Assembly: GCA_051362555.1 (NCBI GenBank)
Contig: CM120643.1
Location: 930,001-994,000, forward strand
Length of the DNA stretch: 64,000 nucleotides
Reading direction: 5' to 3'
From: Lingula anatina
Taxonomy: Eukaryota; Animalia; Brachiopoda
The position numbers and the translations under genes were made by a program. The notes under the pieces are model-generated. The model made no database searches. It was not told the DNA's origin and saw only the letters and a program-made list of their open reading frames with translations. This document shows positions 12,996 through 25,589 of this stretch, one piece after another; position 1 is the first letter of the stretch; every line of letters starts with the position of its first letter.

Positions 12996-13978
12996 TCAAA
13001 TACCCAAGTTTAAAGATACACTCATTCTTTGCAATATATTGTCTTTAATATAACCGTCTTTCGCTTTATCCGATTTCCAGCGACCATGTTTTTTGAATAA
13101 TCGTTCTTTTATCCCGCAATTTGCTGCAGCTGATGCGCCACCTGCTCGTAGACTACGTAGTCCAAATTTACTTTTATCAAAACCCAATTCTTCAAATTTT
13201 TGTAAAACCGTTTCTCTCATACGTGTATACGACAATTTTTCCAGTATCCCTTAAAACATGTTTTCCTGATTTCTTTAAATACTTGACCGATCTGAAAATA
13301 TACTTCTCTGAATCTTCTTCTTTGTCTGCGGCTCTTAGATATCTTTGTAAGAAAACATATGGGCATGAAGTCTTACCTGTTCTGGCTATTAAAACATTAG
13401 AGCCATCTCTGTATATATCAGTTTTGCTTTTTTCTATAAAAACTTCAAAATATGAATTTTTGAATATAATATCTGTTCTTCTAATTGAGGATACCTCGCT
13501 ATATCTTAAAAATCTTGAAAATGATAATAAACATATACAGACATCTCTCAAATCGGGCAAACTGGCGTTAGGTTTTGCAAATCTATTAACACGTTTATTA
13601 AGCATGTCACTGGTTACTATTTCCTTTTTTATTGTTCTGTTACATGACAGTCTTTTTGCTGCTTCCACAATATTACTGATCAAAGCGTTATCGCAAGGAT
13701 TTCGTGTTATTCCAGCAATATCATGAACCCATTTTAAGGCATATTTCACATCCTGTATTGCTCCTGGTTTACTCTCTTGTTGAATTAAACTTAACATATA
13801 TAGTGCAATGTGACTTGTGGATGCCGGGAATATGTTAACCTCTGTAAATTTCCCTGCCCAATTCTTCCACTTTTGAAATATATAAGTATACTTTTTCACT
13901 TGGTAACTCTTTACCCAATCTTCGTAAAGTTGCATTATTGAAATCCTTTAATTCCATCCAAACTCCAGATTGGAATAC
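12996..13978 (-). pseudogene. Tyrosine recombinase (YR) of the DIRS/PAT element, frameshifted
   Basis: FLRYSEV (catalytic R), KSKTD, GLRSLRAGGAS (HxxR with H>R), KKHGRWKS..DGY; split over ORFs 13835-14074, 13192-13935 and 12996-13235. Confidence 0.88.
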
Positions 13979-14797
13979 CTGTAAATACAAATAAAGTATT
14001 TTGATGAAAACACACCAGTTTATGTTTACTAATATAAAAGCCCATTTTAAAAACATTTCAAATGTTCTTTTCATGCATTATACTGTTTTCAAAAGCCAAT
14101 CCAGACAATCTCTTTTAACAAAAAAGACTGAATTATCCATTAACTCTTAAACATCGTTAAGAGTAAACAATTAAAAATGCTTTCATTGCCTTTTTTTTTA
14201 ATTGCTGTGCCAACTTGGCAAATTCTATATACCTGTACCATAGCTTTGTTTGTACTTTTACCAGCTAATATTGTATTTGACAATCATGAAACAAAATAAA
14301 TCAATACGATTATGTATAAACATTTTGTGCACTGTCCATCCTGATTATCAACTTTCACAATAACACACCTTCATGCCACCAGACCTTTCAAATATATGAA
14401 TTTCATTTAATGTTGTATAACATTTGTTGCATCGTCAATCCTGACTAGCAAAACTATATCATAATTCACCTTTATCTCATCATACTTTTCAATTGAACTT
14501 TTCAATTCTGTATAACAATTGTTGCAGTGTTAAAGGCACATACGTCCTCAGCCGAAATATCAGTGTTTTCACAATAAAGTGTTCAAACTAACGGCCTCAG
14601 CATATTAATCGTAACAAATAATGCCCACGACAATGGAAAATAAAGCCTAAAAGCCGATGGATCTGTAAATAAATAGGTATGAAAAGTGCTTTTTTCTAAA
14701 ATTCGTACGAATATCCAATATGCAAATCAGCTAGGATCCGCCTCGAAGTGTTACGTATCTCTCATTTAAATATGTGTCACATGACCGCAAAGTTATC

Positions 14798-16582
14798 ATG
14801 GCGGACAAGGGGGAGCGTAAACTGGTTTGTAAACAAGAACTTGTTAGCCGATTCAGCGAAGAAAAGGAGAAGAAAAGTTGGATAAGAGAAGATGCAGCGA
14901 GAGGGTGACAGTCGGAAAAGAATTTTGGAGGCGGAGAGAGGTCAAACAGCGGATAAATGCAAAAACAGTCGAGGCAGTGGCCCTGTTCCTCATTGAATCG
15001 GTAAGTTAATATTGATCATGTGGGACATGAAATGGGTGCATGGAAGTTGAAACTTAGCTTTTTGAGAGGTTTTAGGTTTTAATACGATTGAAAAACACAT
15101 GGATTTTCTCTACAGATGATCCTTGTGCAAATAGCCTTAGGGAAAATTCGAGTGAGATCAAATGCCGTCTCAGAGACTGCGAGTGTCCCAGCTGAATACG
15201 TATGCCCTGTACTTTTGCTCCCGAGCTGCTTCATTGTCAGCTTTGTTTCAGTGTTAGTGAGTCTCTGTGCTACGACTCAGTGAAAGTCAACCATTTGAAA
15301 ACCAACTGATTAGTCCGTGTTATATGAAATAATGCTTAATTATAGTGAGAGTCACTGTTAAATGCTTTCCCTTTTTCCTGAAAGGGACACAGCATTGTTG
15401 ATATCTCAGCCAGTGTGACTGTGATAGTCAGATCTTTTGTCTGTAGGCTTTCTATAATGAATAGCATATATTTATATATATATTACTTTTAATTAGATAT
15501 GGCACAAGTGAGGCAGAAGCATCAACCGCAGTTTTTCCATCAACATCCAAATACACCAGTGATTCAGAATTGTAAGTTTTTTTCCTTTTAATAAAATTAT
15601 AATAAATTTATAACTGTCTTCTTTATACGCTGTGTAAATTTTATGTATTTCTTTTTATTCTGGACATCTCATTTTGAATTATTTATTTTATTCATATTTT
15701 TTCATTTTTATTTCAACAGTGGTTACATAAATAAATTAATTAAAAAAATATATATATTATTCTTTATTCCTCATTGGTCAAAATGTTTTTATTATCAGGG
15801 TTATGTTGCATGATTCTTTTAATTCTATTCCACAGAAGTATAATAGTGGAACTTGAGTCATCCCATCAACACCCGATGTATTGTGCCAAGCGGTGCAGTT
15901 AAACACACCTCCAATTAATAGAGTAAGGAACAGACTAGCCGCTCTGGACCATGATGTAAACAAGGAGGGAGCTGTTCAGACTAATATAGATGGCACAACA
16001 AGGTGGTGATACAATTTCTATTTTATTTGAATAAAGGCATTTTTTTTCTAAAAAAAGGAAAAAAGGACAAAAAGGAATCAGAAAGGTAGTTAAGATGGTG
16101 TATCATGGAATAATAACTGTAATATTGTTTTATCAATGTTTTATTGTTATCAGAAAAATATATTATAGCTTGGATTTTTTTTGAAAATTTTACAGCTAAA
16201 ACCCCAGCCTTTGACGTACTGTGGTAAAATAAACTTTTTATATAATTTTGATCACCTGCACTAATTATTGTACTAGCATAAAACTTACTTGTGTGCACAG
16301 TGACATGATGTTATGAAATATAAATTGCATTGTATATTGTATTGCATTTCCAGATACCACAGAGCTTATAGTTAAAAGTGGGTGCTGGTCAGTTTACCCT
16401 GAGAAAGAGCACAAGACTTATACCAATGTTCAAGCTATTCTAAACAATGCACTGAAGAAGATAATAAATGACAGGGTGGCGATGAGACGAACTATGTTGG
16501 AGAAAGGATTTCAAACCACATAGCACCTGTTCCCCCACCTGCAACAGAGCAGTTGGTACAAGAAAGTTTCAAGATTTTAAAG
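14798..16582 (+). pseudogene. Intron-containing Kolobok transposase remnant (catalytic core apparently missing)
   Basis: RVTVGKEFWRRREVK..NAKTVEAVALFLIES|gt (~14900-15000); RNRLAALDHDVNKEGAVQTNIDGTTR|gt (~15923-16002); YHRAYS*..WSVYPEKEHKTY and IAPVPPPATEQLVQ..SRF (~16353-16580). Recognised from memory of Kolobok protein termini. Confidence 0.7.
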
Positions 16583-17911
16583 AATTATTTTCCCACATAC
16601 ATTGTGTACTGTCAGACTGCTATTGTTCTGACCTGAAAATGGACAGGCTGTTGGGCACTGCACACTAGGACACGAGTTTCAAAAATTGTTTTATAAGACT
16701 AGTTTCTCTCACATACTACCGAGTGTAGTGTGATTTATAGTACCATTTGAAATGTTGCACTTACTGGCAATTTTTGGTGCATGTCGTGGCGCAGAATGTG
16801 GTCTGCTAGGACAGTTTCTTTACATGTTTACTCTATTACACATTATTTAAATATAAGAAGCAGACCTGCTAGTTATGTGGTATTGTAATGGTAGGGGAGA
16901 ATATCTGACCGAAAATGGGAAGCTCTGTTGAAAAGATTGCTGCCTAATCAACATTGCTAATGTGTAATATGTTGTGTTAACATTCAATAGCCTTGTCTTT
17001 GCATGCTTGGCATGGATGGAAAATTACGTACTGTGGGTATGTGGCCCACAAGTTTCATTCCGTAACAATTGTAATATAATTTTCGTTATAAGAATAAAGA
17101 CCAAGAGCAGCAATTTATCCACGAAAATAGTATTTTAATTTCAATACCTCTTTATAATAATAATAAAGATGATGATGATATTTTTTCAGCTAATATACAT
17201 AAAATACAATTAAAAATAAAGGAAAATGCATCTCTTAGAAGTTCCTCAAAATTCTCAGCTGCTGAAACAAATTAGTTTTCTTCAATTTCAATTGACCATT
17301 TGAAAGGTTTTACTGCAAAATGGTTGCTATCAAGGAAAAGAAGATGAATAAAACACTATCATTTGTATATCTTACAACAATTACTAACAACCGAGTCACT
17401 TCTGATCACCCAAGTGTTTCTGGAAAAACTCCACATACTGCCCGAAAAGAGGAATACTTTTCTGTTCCCTGCCCCTGTCTATAGGCAGTATGTCCATTTA
17501 CCTTCACAGGGTCCATCATAAAATGCAGCAGGTTTCAGCAGTATAAGTGGACCAGACTGAGGATGCCTTCATTCAAAATCAGCACACCAAAATGTTAAAG
17601 GTTAGCCAGAAAATGGCCAGTAACCCAAACCCCTTCATGCTATAAAGTTGTTGAGCATAAATACTTTTTGTCATTTCAGGTATTGAGGTAAGAGGTTCAT
17701 AAAACTAGGAGGTAGGAGTGTTGTGCACTGTTGAATACCATAGCATATTTTCTCTGACTCCTGTAGATAAACAGTTTGGGGTGTTGCTGCTTGGTTCAGG
17801 ATGTTATCCCCCTGGCTAGCAGCCTGGTGTTCAACACATTGGCTAGATGGTTTTCATGACAGCTCACCTACACTCCCTTTGCTTTGCCATCTGGAGAAAA
17901 AGCAAATACAT

Positions 17912-18004
17912 CAGAGGCAGAATTGAAGGGGGTTTCGGGGGGGGGGGGGGGGGGGGCTTTCCATCCATGCCCCCCCCTTTCACATAATCCTGGATCCGCC
18001 CCTG
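17912..18004. mobile_element. CAG..CTG MITE with 5-bp TSD (TACAT)
   Basis: cagaggcaga.../ggatccgcccctg flanked by tacat on both sides. Confidence 0.7.
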
Positions 18005-18180
18005 TACATATATCATGAAGTATAGCAAATCATGAGAATAGTTAGTTACTTTCTTTCACTTTATTATAAAACAAGGGCTACTCATTTGATAAGTCTTTGA
18101 TCTCATCATTTAGATATAAGAAAAAGTTATTTACTGAGCTTCGTTTTTTTATAAAGCGTGCCAGCTAACACTGCATCATC

Positions 18181-18470
18181 CAGGGCCGTAGGCTCCGGGG
18201 GGGGGGGGGGGGGGGGGGGGGCAGGGGGGCAGCTTTGTCTGTGCTTTGTTTGAGGTGCAAAAAAATAATTGCAATTTCTGACTTCTGATTGAGCAATAAA
18301 TAACAGTTAAAATTCACCAGAATGCAGTATTATACATACAGATTTTAAAAAATTGGCCACATCGTGGGAGGGGGACACCCCCACCCTTCTCCCTCGGGGG
18401 GTTCGCCCCCTCGTGTCCGCTTACTGCCCCCCCCCCCCCCCCCCGGCATTTTGCTCAGGCTACGGCCCTG
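18181..18470. mobile_element. CAGGGCCGTAG MITE with 5-bp TSD (TCATC); relative at 50503-51004
   Basis: TIR cagggccgtag / ctacggccctg; shares caatttctgacttctgattgagcaataaataacag with 50810-50850. Confidence 0.8.
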
Positions 18471-19812
18471 TCATCATGTACAGAATAGAACTACTCAAAT
18501 AGAATTGATAAAGCACGAACTTACTCTGAAGGTTTCCTTTCTTCTCCTCAAATTCTCCACTGCCACTTCGGCTCTCTGTTCTGTAAAAACTGAGATAGGT
18601 ACCGCACACGGTCAGTTGTGTTTACGTATTCTTCAATCGCTGAGTTTAGTGCTTACATACAACTTTATTTATAAAGATCAGATTTTGAACCACAAAGTCA
18701 AACCTATCACTTAGATGTGTCTACGTAAACAATATGAAGATTCAGCAAAGTAAGCCTCGTGACTATCGAAGTAAGAACCTCACTCGCACCCCAGTCTTAC
18801 TTCAAAGTTGCACATGTCACCTCGACCACGTAAACTGATTGTGTGCGATTTTGTGCTTCAAAAATTACTCTCACAAATGCCTGTTACCTTTTTCATTAAA
18901 GAATATCGGTTAAAATGTTGCAGTCCACGTACATTTGAAGGAAACGACCGTTAAGTACACAGCAATGTCGATCTCGTCGATGCCATATTGAAACACGTGC
19001 GTATTTACGGCTCAGTGTTTACATCCAGGTTCCGGATATAGATGCAAAGCGCGCGCAATATTTAAATTATCTTTGACTGACAAGTGAGGAAGTCTCAAAT
19101 AGCGGTATAAAAAAGCGCTCAAAAACATCATAGGGAAGAAATTTATGAGTTTGTTGTGAGCAGACATGTAAGTTAGGTATATTTGAACACCACCAAACTA
19201 TTTTAATGAGGAAAATCAGCGAACTTTTCGTTAAAATCTGAGCACGTATGGGCCTTTAATCCGGACTATAAACCTTTATAAAATATACCTTCATCCCATA
19301 ACGCTTTTCAATTATAAATTTCAACTCTGTATAACTTTTGTTGCAGTGTCAATCCTGACTAGTAACCTTCCTAAATTATACCTTCATTCCATCATGTTTT
19401 TTCCCAATATAAATTTCAGTTTTGTATACCATTTGTCGCAGTGTCAATCCTGACAGTCAATTTATATAAAATACATCTTCATGCCGTAACAACTTTCAAA
19501 TATATATTTCAATTCTTTTTAACATTTGTTGCATTGTCAATCCTGACTGGCAACCTTCATAAAAATACACCAACATGCCATAAAACTTTCAAATATATAT
19601 ATTTTATTTCTGTGTAATATTTGTTGCAGTGTCAATCCTGACTTGCAACCTTCATAAAAATACACCGTCATTCCATCACACCTTCTACATATAAATTTTA
19701 ATTCTGTATAATGTTTGTTGCAGTGTCAATCCTGACTGGCAACCTTCATAAAAATACACCATCCCATCACGCCTTTGAAATATAACCTTCCTTTTTAGAA
19801 AATATTCTTGTA

Positions 19813-21100
19813 TTAAAATCCTGTCTCCCCATCAATCCTGACTGCCAAAACTTTATCCTTAAATTTCTGCGACCCTATGTAAGATTGCTTATTTTTCCCC
19901 TTCTTAAAAATACCCTTGTTATCGAAAATAAGAACATCTTTTATGTAAATTTTCCACTTCATATCTCTGTCAAATATCATTGGCCAAAATGCAGCCGACT
20001 TCCAACTTGGAACGACTAAAGTGCCTTTTGCTTTACAATTTAATAAATGGTTTATCGCCTTTTGTACCAAACCTACAGGTGGAACTATCCAATTATTCTC
20101 ATGCTGCCAATTTTGTAAAAATGCGTCTGTTGCCTCTGTATTTGGATTCCAAAATCTTGAATTAAAACGGTTTGTCTTTGTATTTTCAAAATTCGCAAAT
20201 CTATCTACAGTGTGAGGTCCCCATTTTTTATCCAAAAATTCGAAAAAAGAAGATTCTACCTCCCAGTCGTCTATGTCTACCAATTTGCTGATATAATCTG
20301 CTTTTTCATTTTTTGATCTAGGTATCCAGTTTACTGTCAAGCTGATTTCATGACATGTACATAAATGATATATTTGTAAAGCTAAATTTTGTAGATCACG
20401 TTTCATAGATCCTGCCTGTACAATCCTCACGACATTTTGATTATCTGTGTACCAACCTATTTTACTTCTTTTTATAACTTTAATAAAAGCTTGTAATGCA
20501 ATTGCAATTGCCTTCAACTCCCTCCATGTGGAACTTTTCTCCTTTTCTTCATCTGACCACATTTTGTGACAAATGTCAGATTGACAACGTACCAAATAGG
20601 CACCACATGCATAATCACTAGCATCTGAAAATCCCAAGATTTTGGGTATTTCATTTAAGAATAAATGTCTTTTATTTAGACAATGAATGTTTGACAACCA
20701 AAAATGTAACTCATTCAGAATTTCTGTATTTGAACGAAAATTTTTGCATTCGTCCCAACTGTTTCTATCATTGATTGCGTGATACATATTTCTTGTCATT
20801 AATCTACTAATATCTCCAATAACTGTTGACATTAATATAATTTTTCCTGTAATTCGAGCCAATTCACGTGCCAATGTCATATTAATATTTTGCATCAGTT
20901 TTCTAATATCATTTTTCAATTCTGAAACCCTTTTTTCTGTGATTGATATCGTACCCTGTATCAAATTCCAATGAATACCTAACCAATCAATCTCTTGAAC
21001 TGGTCTCCATATACTCTTTTCATTGTTCACTACGAAACCCGATTTCTTCAATCTACCTTTCACATTGTCGCTATTATACTTATCTTTTAGAGTTGTATCT
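19813..21100 (-). CDS. DIRS pol ORF: truncated RT C-terminus, RNase H and DNA adenine methyltransferase-like domain
   Basis: GFVVNNEKSIWRPVQEIDWLG (RT end); FSDAS, SSTWREL, WYTDNQNV, WIPRSKNEKAD (RNase H); WGPHTVDRFA..RFNSRFW..DAF..NW..VPP (MT). RT core with YxDD is absent. Confidence 0.88.
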
Positions 21101-21103
21101 GTC

Positions 21104-22036
21104 TTATTGACTGCCGACCTGTGCGTAGCTGTAGTAGCTTGGGTTCGGTTCCGTGCTGTTTTGAAAGTATGACTGCTTTTGCTGGTTAAATTTGGAGCAT
21201 TCTGCTCGCCAGTGACCGTATTGCCCACATCCAAAACACTGGTCATACTTGGACGGTTGACTTCTTTTGGCTCGAAAAAGCCTTTTGAATGGCCCTGAAC
21301 CTGAAAAATTGGCTGAGGCTGTATATTGAGCAGGCATATTGGAATAGCTATTATAAACACCAGACCTACGTTGACCGACATTGTTGCGTTTCTGTTTTTT
21401 CTGGCGCAATTTTCTATTTGCTCTTATCTGGGCTGAACGAATTTTCTTTTCGTCTTCACTATCATCTGCAAGATCATCGGATTGATATTCTTCCACAGCT
21501 TCCCAACCAGCATCCGATTTGTCCGCCAATCTTATAAGCTTGTTACGTTTCTTAATTTGATCTACGGACCTTTTCAGTAACTGTCTTCCAGACTTCACTT
21601 CCCCTTTCTTAAAGTAACTCTCTGCAATCTCAAGGTTTTCAAGTACTTCAGTGTTAAATTCAAATTGCTTTCTGTTTCCTTTGAACTTGAATTCAATGGG
21701 ATGACCTCAATTTTTTGTTTTCTGCTATATTTTTCTCGGACAGTTCTCTTTTTAATCCTTTAAACTTTTGATCCATATAGGATTTAAACAAATTGAAAGT
21801 ATCAGCAAGATTTGAGCCAACTTCACCTGGTGGCCATTTCTTGGCCACTCCCTTCATTTTCAAACTCTCCGCTCTCCTCGGTCGAGTAGTTTTTAGCCTC
21901 TTTGTTTGATGCCACACCCTCCGACTGTATCAACTCAGGTTCGCTCACCTCAGGCCTCTCAATTTCTTTCTCAGTATGTTCAGAATCTGACTCAAACACT
22001 TTCTCTATCCTTTGTGATTTCCTACCCTTTGGCATA
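21104..22036 (-). pseudogene. DIRS gag-like ORF1 with CCHC zinc knuckle, two frameshifts
   Basis: MPKGRKS... start; KRNKLIRLADKSDAGWEAVEEY; CFGCGQYGHWRAEC; split across ORFs 21823-22230, 21693-21917 and 21104-21598. Confidence 0.82.
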
Positions 22037-22070
22037 CTAGACGTTTGAAATATGAAATTCAAGCTTAGGA

Positions 22071-22233
22071 AAACTGGAATGTCTGTACAGTAGCGTAGCT
22101 CGACTTCGAATGATCGTTTCCCTTCCTCACGTGATCTGTTCACTTTTTGAATACAGCGCCCCCTGTACCTCCTAATGACCTTTCTCCTAAGACACGTCAT
22201 CGTTGACCCGTTAAACGACAATAAATACATTTA
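22071..22233. repeat. Split direct repeat A1 (5' terminus of the DIRS/PAT element)
   Basis: Matches 12534-12696. Confidence 0.92.
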
Positions 22234-23816
22234 CAGGTACTACAAGTTTTTGCAAGCTACCAACCGTGTTACTTATTTCTACTGCATCGTTTGCAAAGAG
22301 CAAATGTGAGATGTTTGGTGCATCTTCATTTACGAAAATGCCTTTACAGCTTTCATCATCTCTTAACATATATACAAATTAATTTAGAAATACAGAAAAC
22401 ATAAATGGACTTAACATGCAGCCTTGTTTAGTGCCTATGGTGCAATCTTTCATCTGTATACTTGACTTCAATTGTTTATACATAGATTGAATTATTTTGA
22501 CTATCTTTGTATTAACCTTGTTTTTAGTAAGACATATATTAATAATGTATGGTCAATGCAATCAAAGGCTTTAGCGAAGTTGATGAAAATATAATAGCAT
22601 CTTTCCCTCTGTTTTGTAAGATATTTCTGTATTAGGGCTTGCAATGTGAAGCAATTATCTGTTGTACTATAGCCTTCCCTAAACCCACTTTGTTCTTCAC
22701 AAAACTTACTTGTACCTTCTGCCCATTTTATTACCCTTCAATGAGGACTTTTGATAATATTTTCCCCACTACGTTTACTTCGAGAAATACCTCTGTAATT
22801 ATTTGGATCATTTTTGTCACCTTTTTTATAGACTGGGCATCTAATAGCTTGTCCCCATTTTACCGGGAATACCCCAGTTTGCATAACTTGGTTATATAAT
22901 GAACATAAACAGGGGACTAGGATGTCACTATTTTTTAACATTTCGACCACTAAGCCATTAGGTCCTCCCGATTTGTTATTTTTCATTTTCTTCATTGCAG
23001 CAATTGTTTCTTCATTTTTTATTTCGCCTTCTAAATTATCAATTTCTTCATTTTAAAACGTTTCCAGATTATCAATGAGCCGTTTAGCTTCATTTTTGAA
23101 CTAGGGATCAATAGGGTGCTTAGCTATTTCTAATAAAGACAGTGTCTGCTGATATGCTATTTCCCCCTGCTTTTGAAAAAGTATACTCTTTGAGCCGATC
23201 CCAAATTTCATTTGGGGAACTAGGGTCTTTAAACAGGTCCTCCGTTGTCTTGATTTTAAATTGCATTTGAGCATGCTCACAAATTTTCTTGAATTTATTT
23301 ATACTTATTTTATATGCTTGGAGATCTGCATTTAAATTTGTATGCCTGAATACAACATTGGTCAAAAAAGGTTGTCCCACCCTCATTTCCATGTACTTAT
23401 ATTTACAAATGATCACATCACAGGTGTAAATTGTTATAAACGGTGCCTTTTATTCCAGATACCATTTCTAACATGATTAATGGTTCAGAAAATACAAAAT
23501 AGTGGTGAAAATATGTAAATTTTATGCCATTTAGTCAAATTTATAACAGGTACCCCTCAAACCCAATGTTTCACTGTGATTTTTACAGATGTTAAGAAAT
23601 GTCTATTAAATTGAAAAGACGCCACCAATTGTCACCAAATACACAATTAGCATTAGGGTGTGCTCGTTAAAGGTCACGTGCCTAATAGCGAGTGCGGCTA
23701 CCGCGTACTGCAATTGTCCCCTGTAGATGGCGCGACAAGCCTTCAACACGGGTAACCGTTCTGTTTTGTGGGATATTGTCCCATTCTTCTTTAACAACTT
23801 GGGGGAGATGGTCCAC

Positions 23817-23851
<35 letters not shown>

Positions 23852-25210
23852 CCAATGTTGTACATTCAATAGCTTATATTTTTCTACTTTGGCTTTTTTC
23901 ACAATGTCCATTCCATCAGTTTGGTTGCCTTTTCAAAATTATTTTCTGCTTGCAAGACATACAGTATATCACACAGAATGTCAACAGCTGTGTTTACGTT
24001 TACTTTTACAATATCATGGAACTTTTCTATCATAGTTTGTGTAGTTGCATCTAATAGCTTTTCCTGGGAAACCTCCGTAAATTTTGTTTTCCCTTTATAT
24101 TTAATTATTTGTTTATTGGGTATCATGCATATTTATACCCCTGTAGGTCGTGAACCTCTAAATGATGCTGGGGAAATGATCAGATAGGTCGCATTCCAAC
24201 ACTATAAAGTCGGTTACCTGTGGGAACAGATCAGTGTCTCCGTCATAGTTTTCGCCTAGCGGCATATGTTTACTGCTATTATCAATTATAAAATCCTGTT
24301 TATTTCGTAGTCTAGCGTTAAAATCTCCAGCACAGATAAGATAAGGGTGGTCATACTTCTCAATCTCAATCTTACACTGCTCAAGATTCTAAACATCATT
24401 TGGTTCAGGTAATTAGTTTTCAGGAGGGGTATACAGACTTGACATTTAATATGGAATTTGTTTTTTTCCAAATCATTTTTCATCGGTTTTTTCCTATTTT
24501 GCTGACTGATAAATGAAAATAAGGATTAAAATCATGTGGGATATATTCCATGACAGCAAGTTTACTGTATTTCGTTTTTTTACTGCATGTCCAATCGTTT
24601 CAGCCTGATTTTTTTTCTATATTTGTGGGTCTTGGGCTTCGGCCGAATTCCTAGGCCTGGTATCCCCTCCATTCCAAGATATTCTGTGAGTCAAAGTCAT
24701 ATGTAAATTTATTGCCATTTATGATTAGTTTATCATGCACGATGTAGGCATTCTTCCCTCCTTCTCTAGCTTTTACCATATATGGTCCTAGTTTCCATAT
24801 CATCTCTTTTACCTGTTTTGTGAAGTCCTGTTTCACTCTGAGTTGTTTGTTTCCTTTGAGTTTTTACTTTGCCTTTCTCAGGACAGATTCACGATCTTTG
24901 AAATTGAGGAAATTCACAATTACTGGCCGCTGGATTCCCCTTGGTCTATTCAGTCGATGTGCCCTTTCAATTGGCATCTTGCTAATTGTTTCGGGGGTTA
25001 TTCCTAACGACTCTACTAGAAATGGTTTTTGCTTTTTCTTCGACTGCCTCCCACGTTTCTTCTGCTCCTTGCCCTGGGTCCTGGATACCATGAATAATAA
25101 CATTGTTCCTCATCGAACGGCCTTCTATGTAGTCCAATTTGTTTTCTAGTTGTGTGATTTTAGCTTTCAGGCTGCTATATTCCAACTCCATATACAGACT
25201 TGACATTTAA
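22234..25210 (-). mobile_element. Degenerate LINE, 5' part: ORF1 plus N-terminal ORF2/RT; same element as 11290-12235
   Basis: ORF1: LENKLDYIEGRSMRNNVIIHGI, IERAHRL..RPVIVNF, HDKLIING. ORF2: KSGGPNGL..PVYKKGDKNDPNNYRGIS, GTKQGCMLSPFMF, LLFAND; many stops and frameshifts. Confidence 0.82.
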
Positions 25211-25589
25211 TTTTGAATATTTCAGTTTTAAAGGTATACCTAGGTAAAAATGCGTTCTAGTTAAAAAATTCAGATCTCATATAAGACATGTGACCGGAGA
25301 AATGTGTAGTCAGGTGTGTCGCTGCCAATTAACTGACTGCCAATTCTGTTGCACTGTTGCCTTGTGTAATATGCAGTGATTTAATAGGGCAGTTCTCCTT
25401 TGGGCTGGTCAAAGCCTGGCTTTGGCGAAGCATGGTTCTGTCAAAAAAGTATACATATGTCAGCAAGTACCGCATAGAATAATTTGAAATGTTGCATGCA
25501 AGCAGTCAGTTTTGCAGTGCGTAAAATGAATTAAGCAGTCTTTTACAAAATTGTTAAGCTGTGCCAGAATAGCGCGAAAAGCACAGACA

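Larger units (their letters stand above)
14534..19255 (+). mobile_element. Kolobok DNA transposon, internally deleted
   Basis: TTAA TSD at 14530-14533 and 19256-19259; TIR aggcacatacgtcctcag / ctgagcacgtatgggcct (16/18); Kolobok transposase remnants inside. Confidence 0.85.
14300..19790. repeat. ~94-bp tandem repeat (about 8 units: 14300-14533 plus 19256-19790), split by the Kolobok insertion
   Basis: Core ttgttgcagtgtcaatcctgact recurs at ~14336, 14436, 14531/19257, 19350, 19445, 19538, 19633 and 19727. Confidence 0.85.
12236..22233 (-). mobile_element. DIRS-order tyrosine-recombinase retrotransposon, PAT-like (split direct repeats A1-ORFs-B1-A2-B2), non-autonomous
   Basis: gag-CCHC, RT/RNaseH/methyltransferase and YR ORFs. 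Repeat A at 22071-22233 = 12534-12696; repeat B at 12693-12830 = 12236-12356; TTTA at both ends and at the B1/A2 junction. Confidence 0.9.

Noticed and set aside
14300-19790. 94-bp repeat as a CRISPR-like array
   Set aside because: The sequences between cores are homologous to one another, so this is a degenerate tandem repeat
5394-21537. Plus-strand ORFs 5394-5768, 13121-13726, 19980-20215 and 21289-21537
   Set aside because: Antisense shadows of the TPR, YR and pol/gag frames with no motifs
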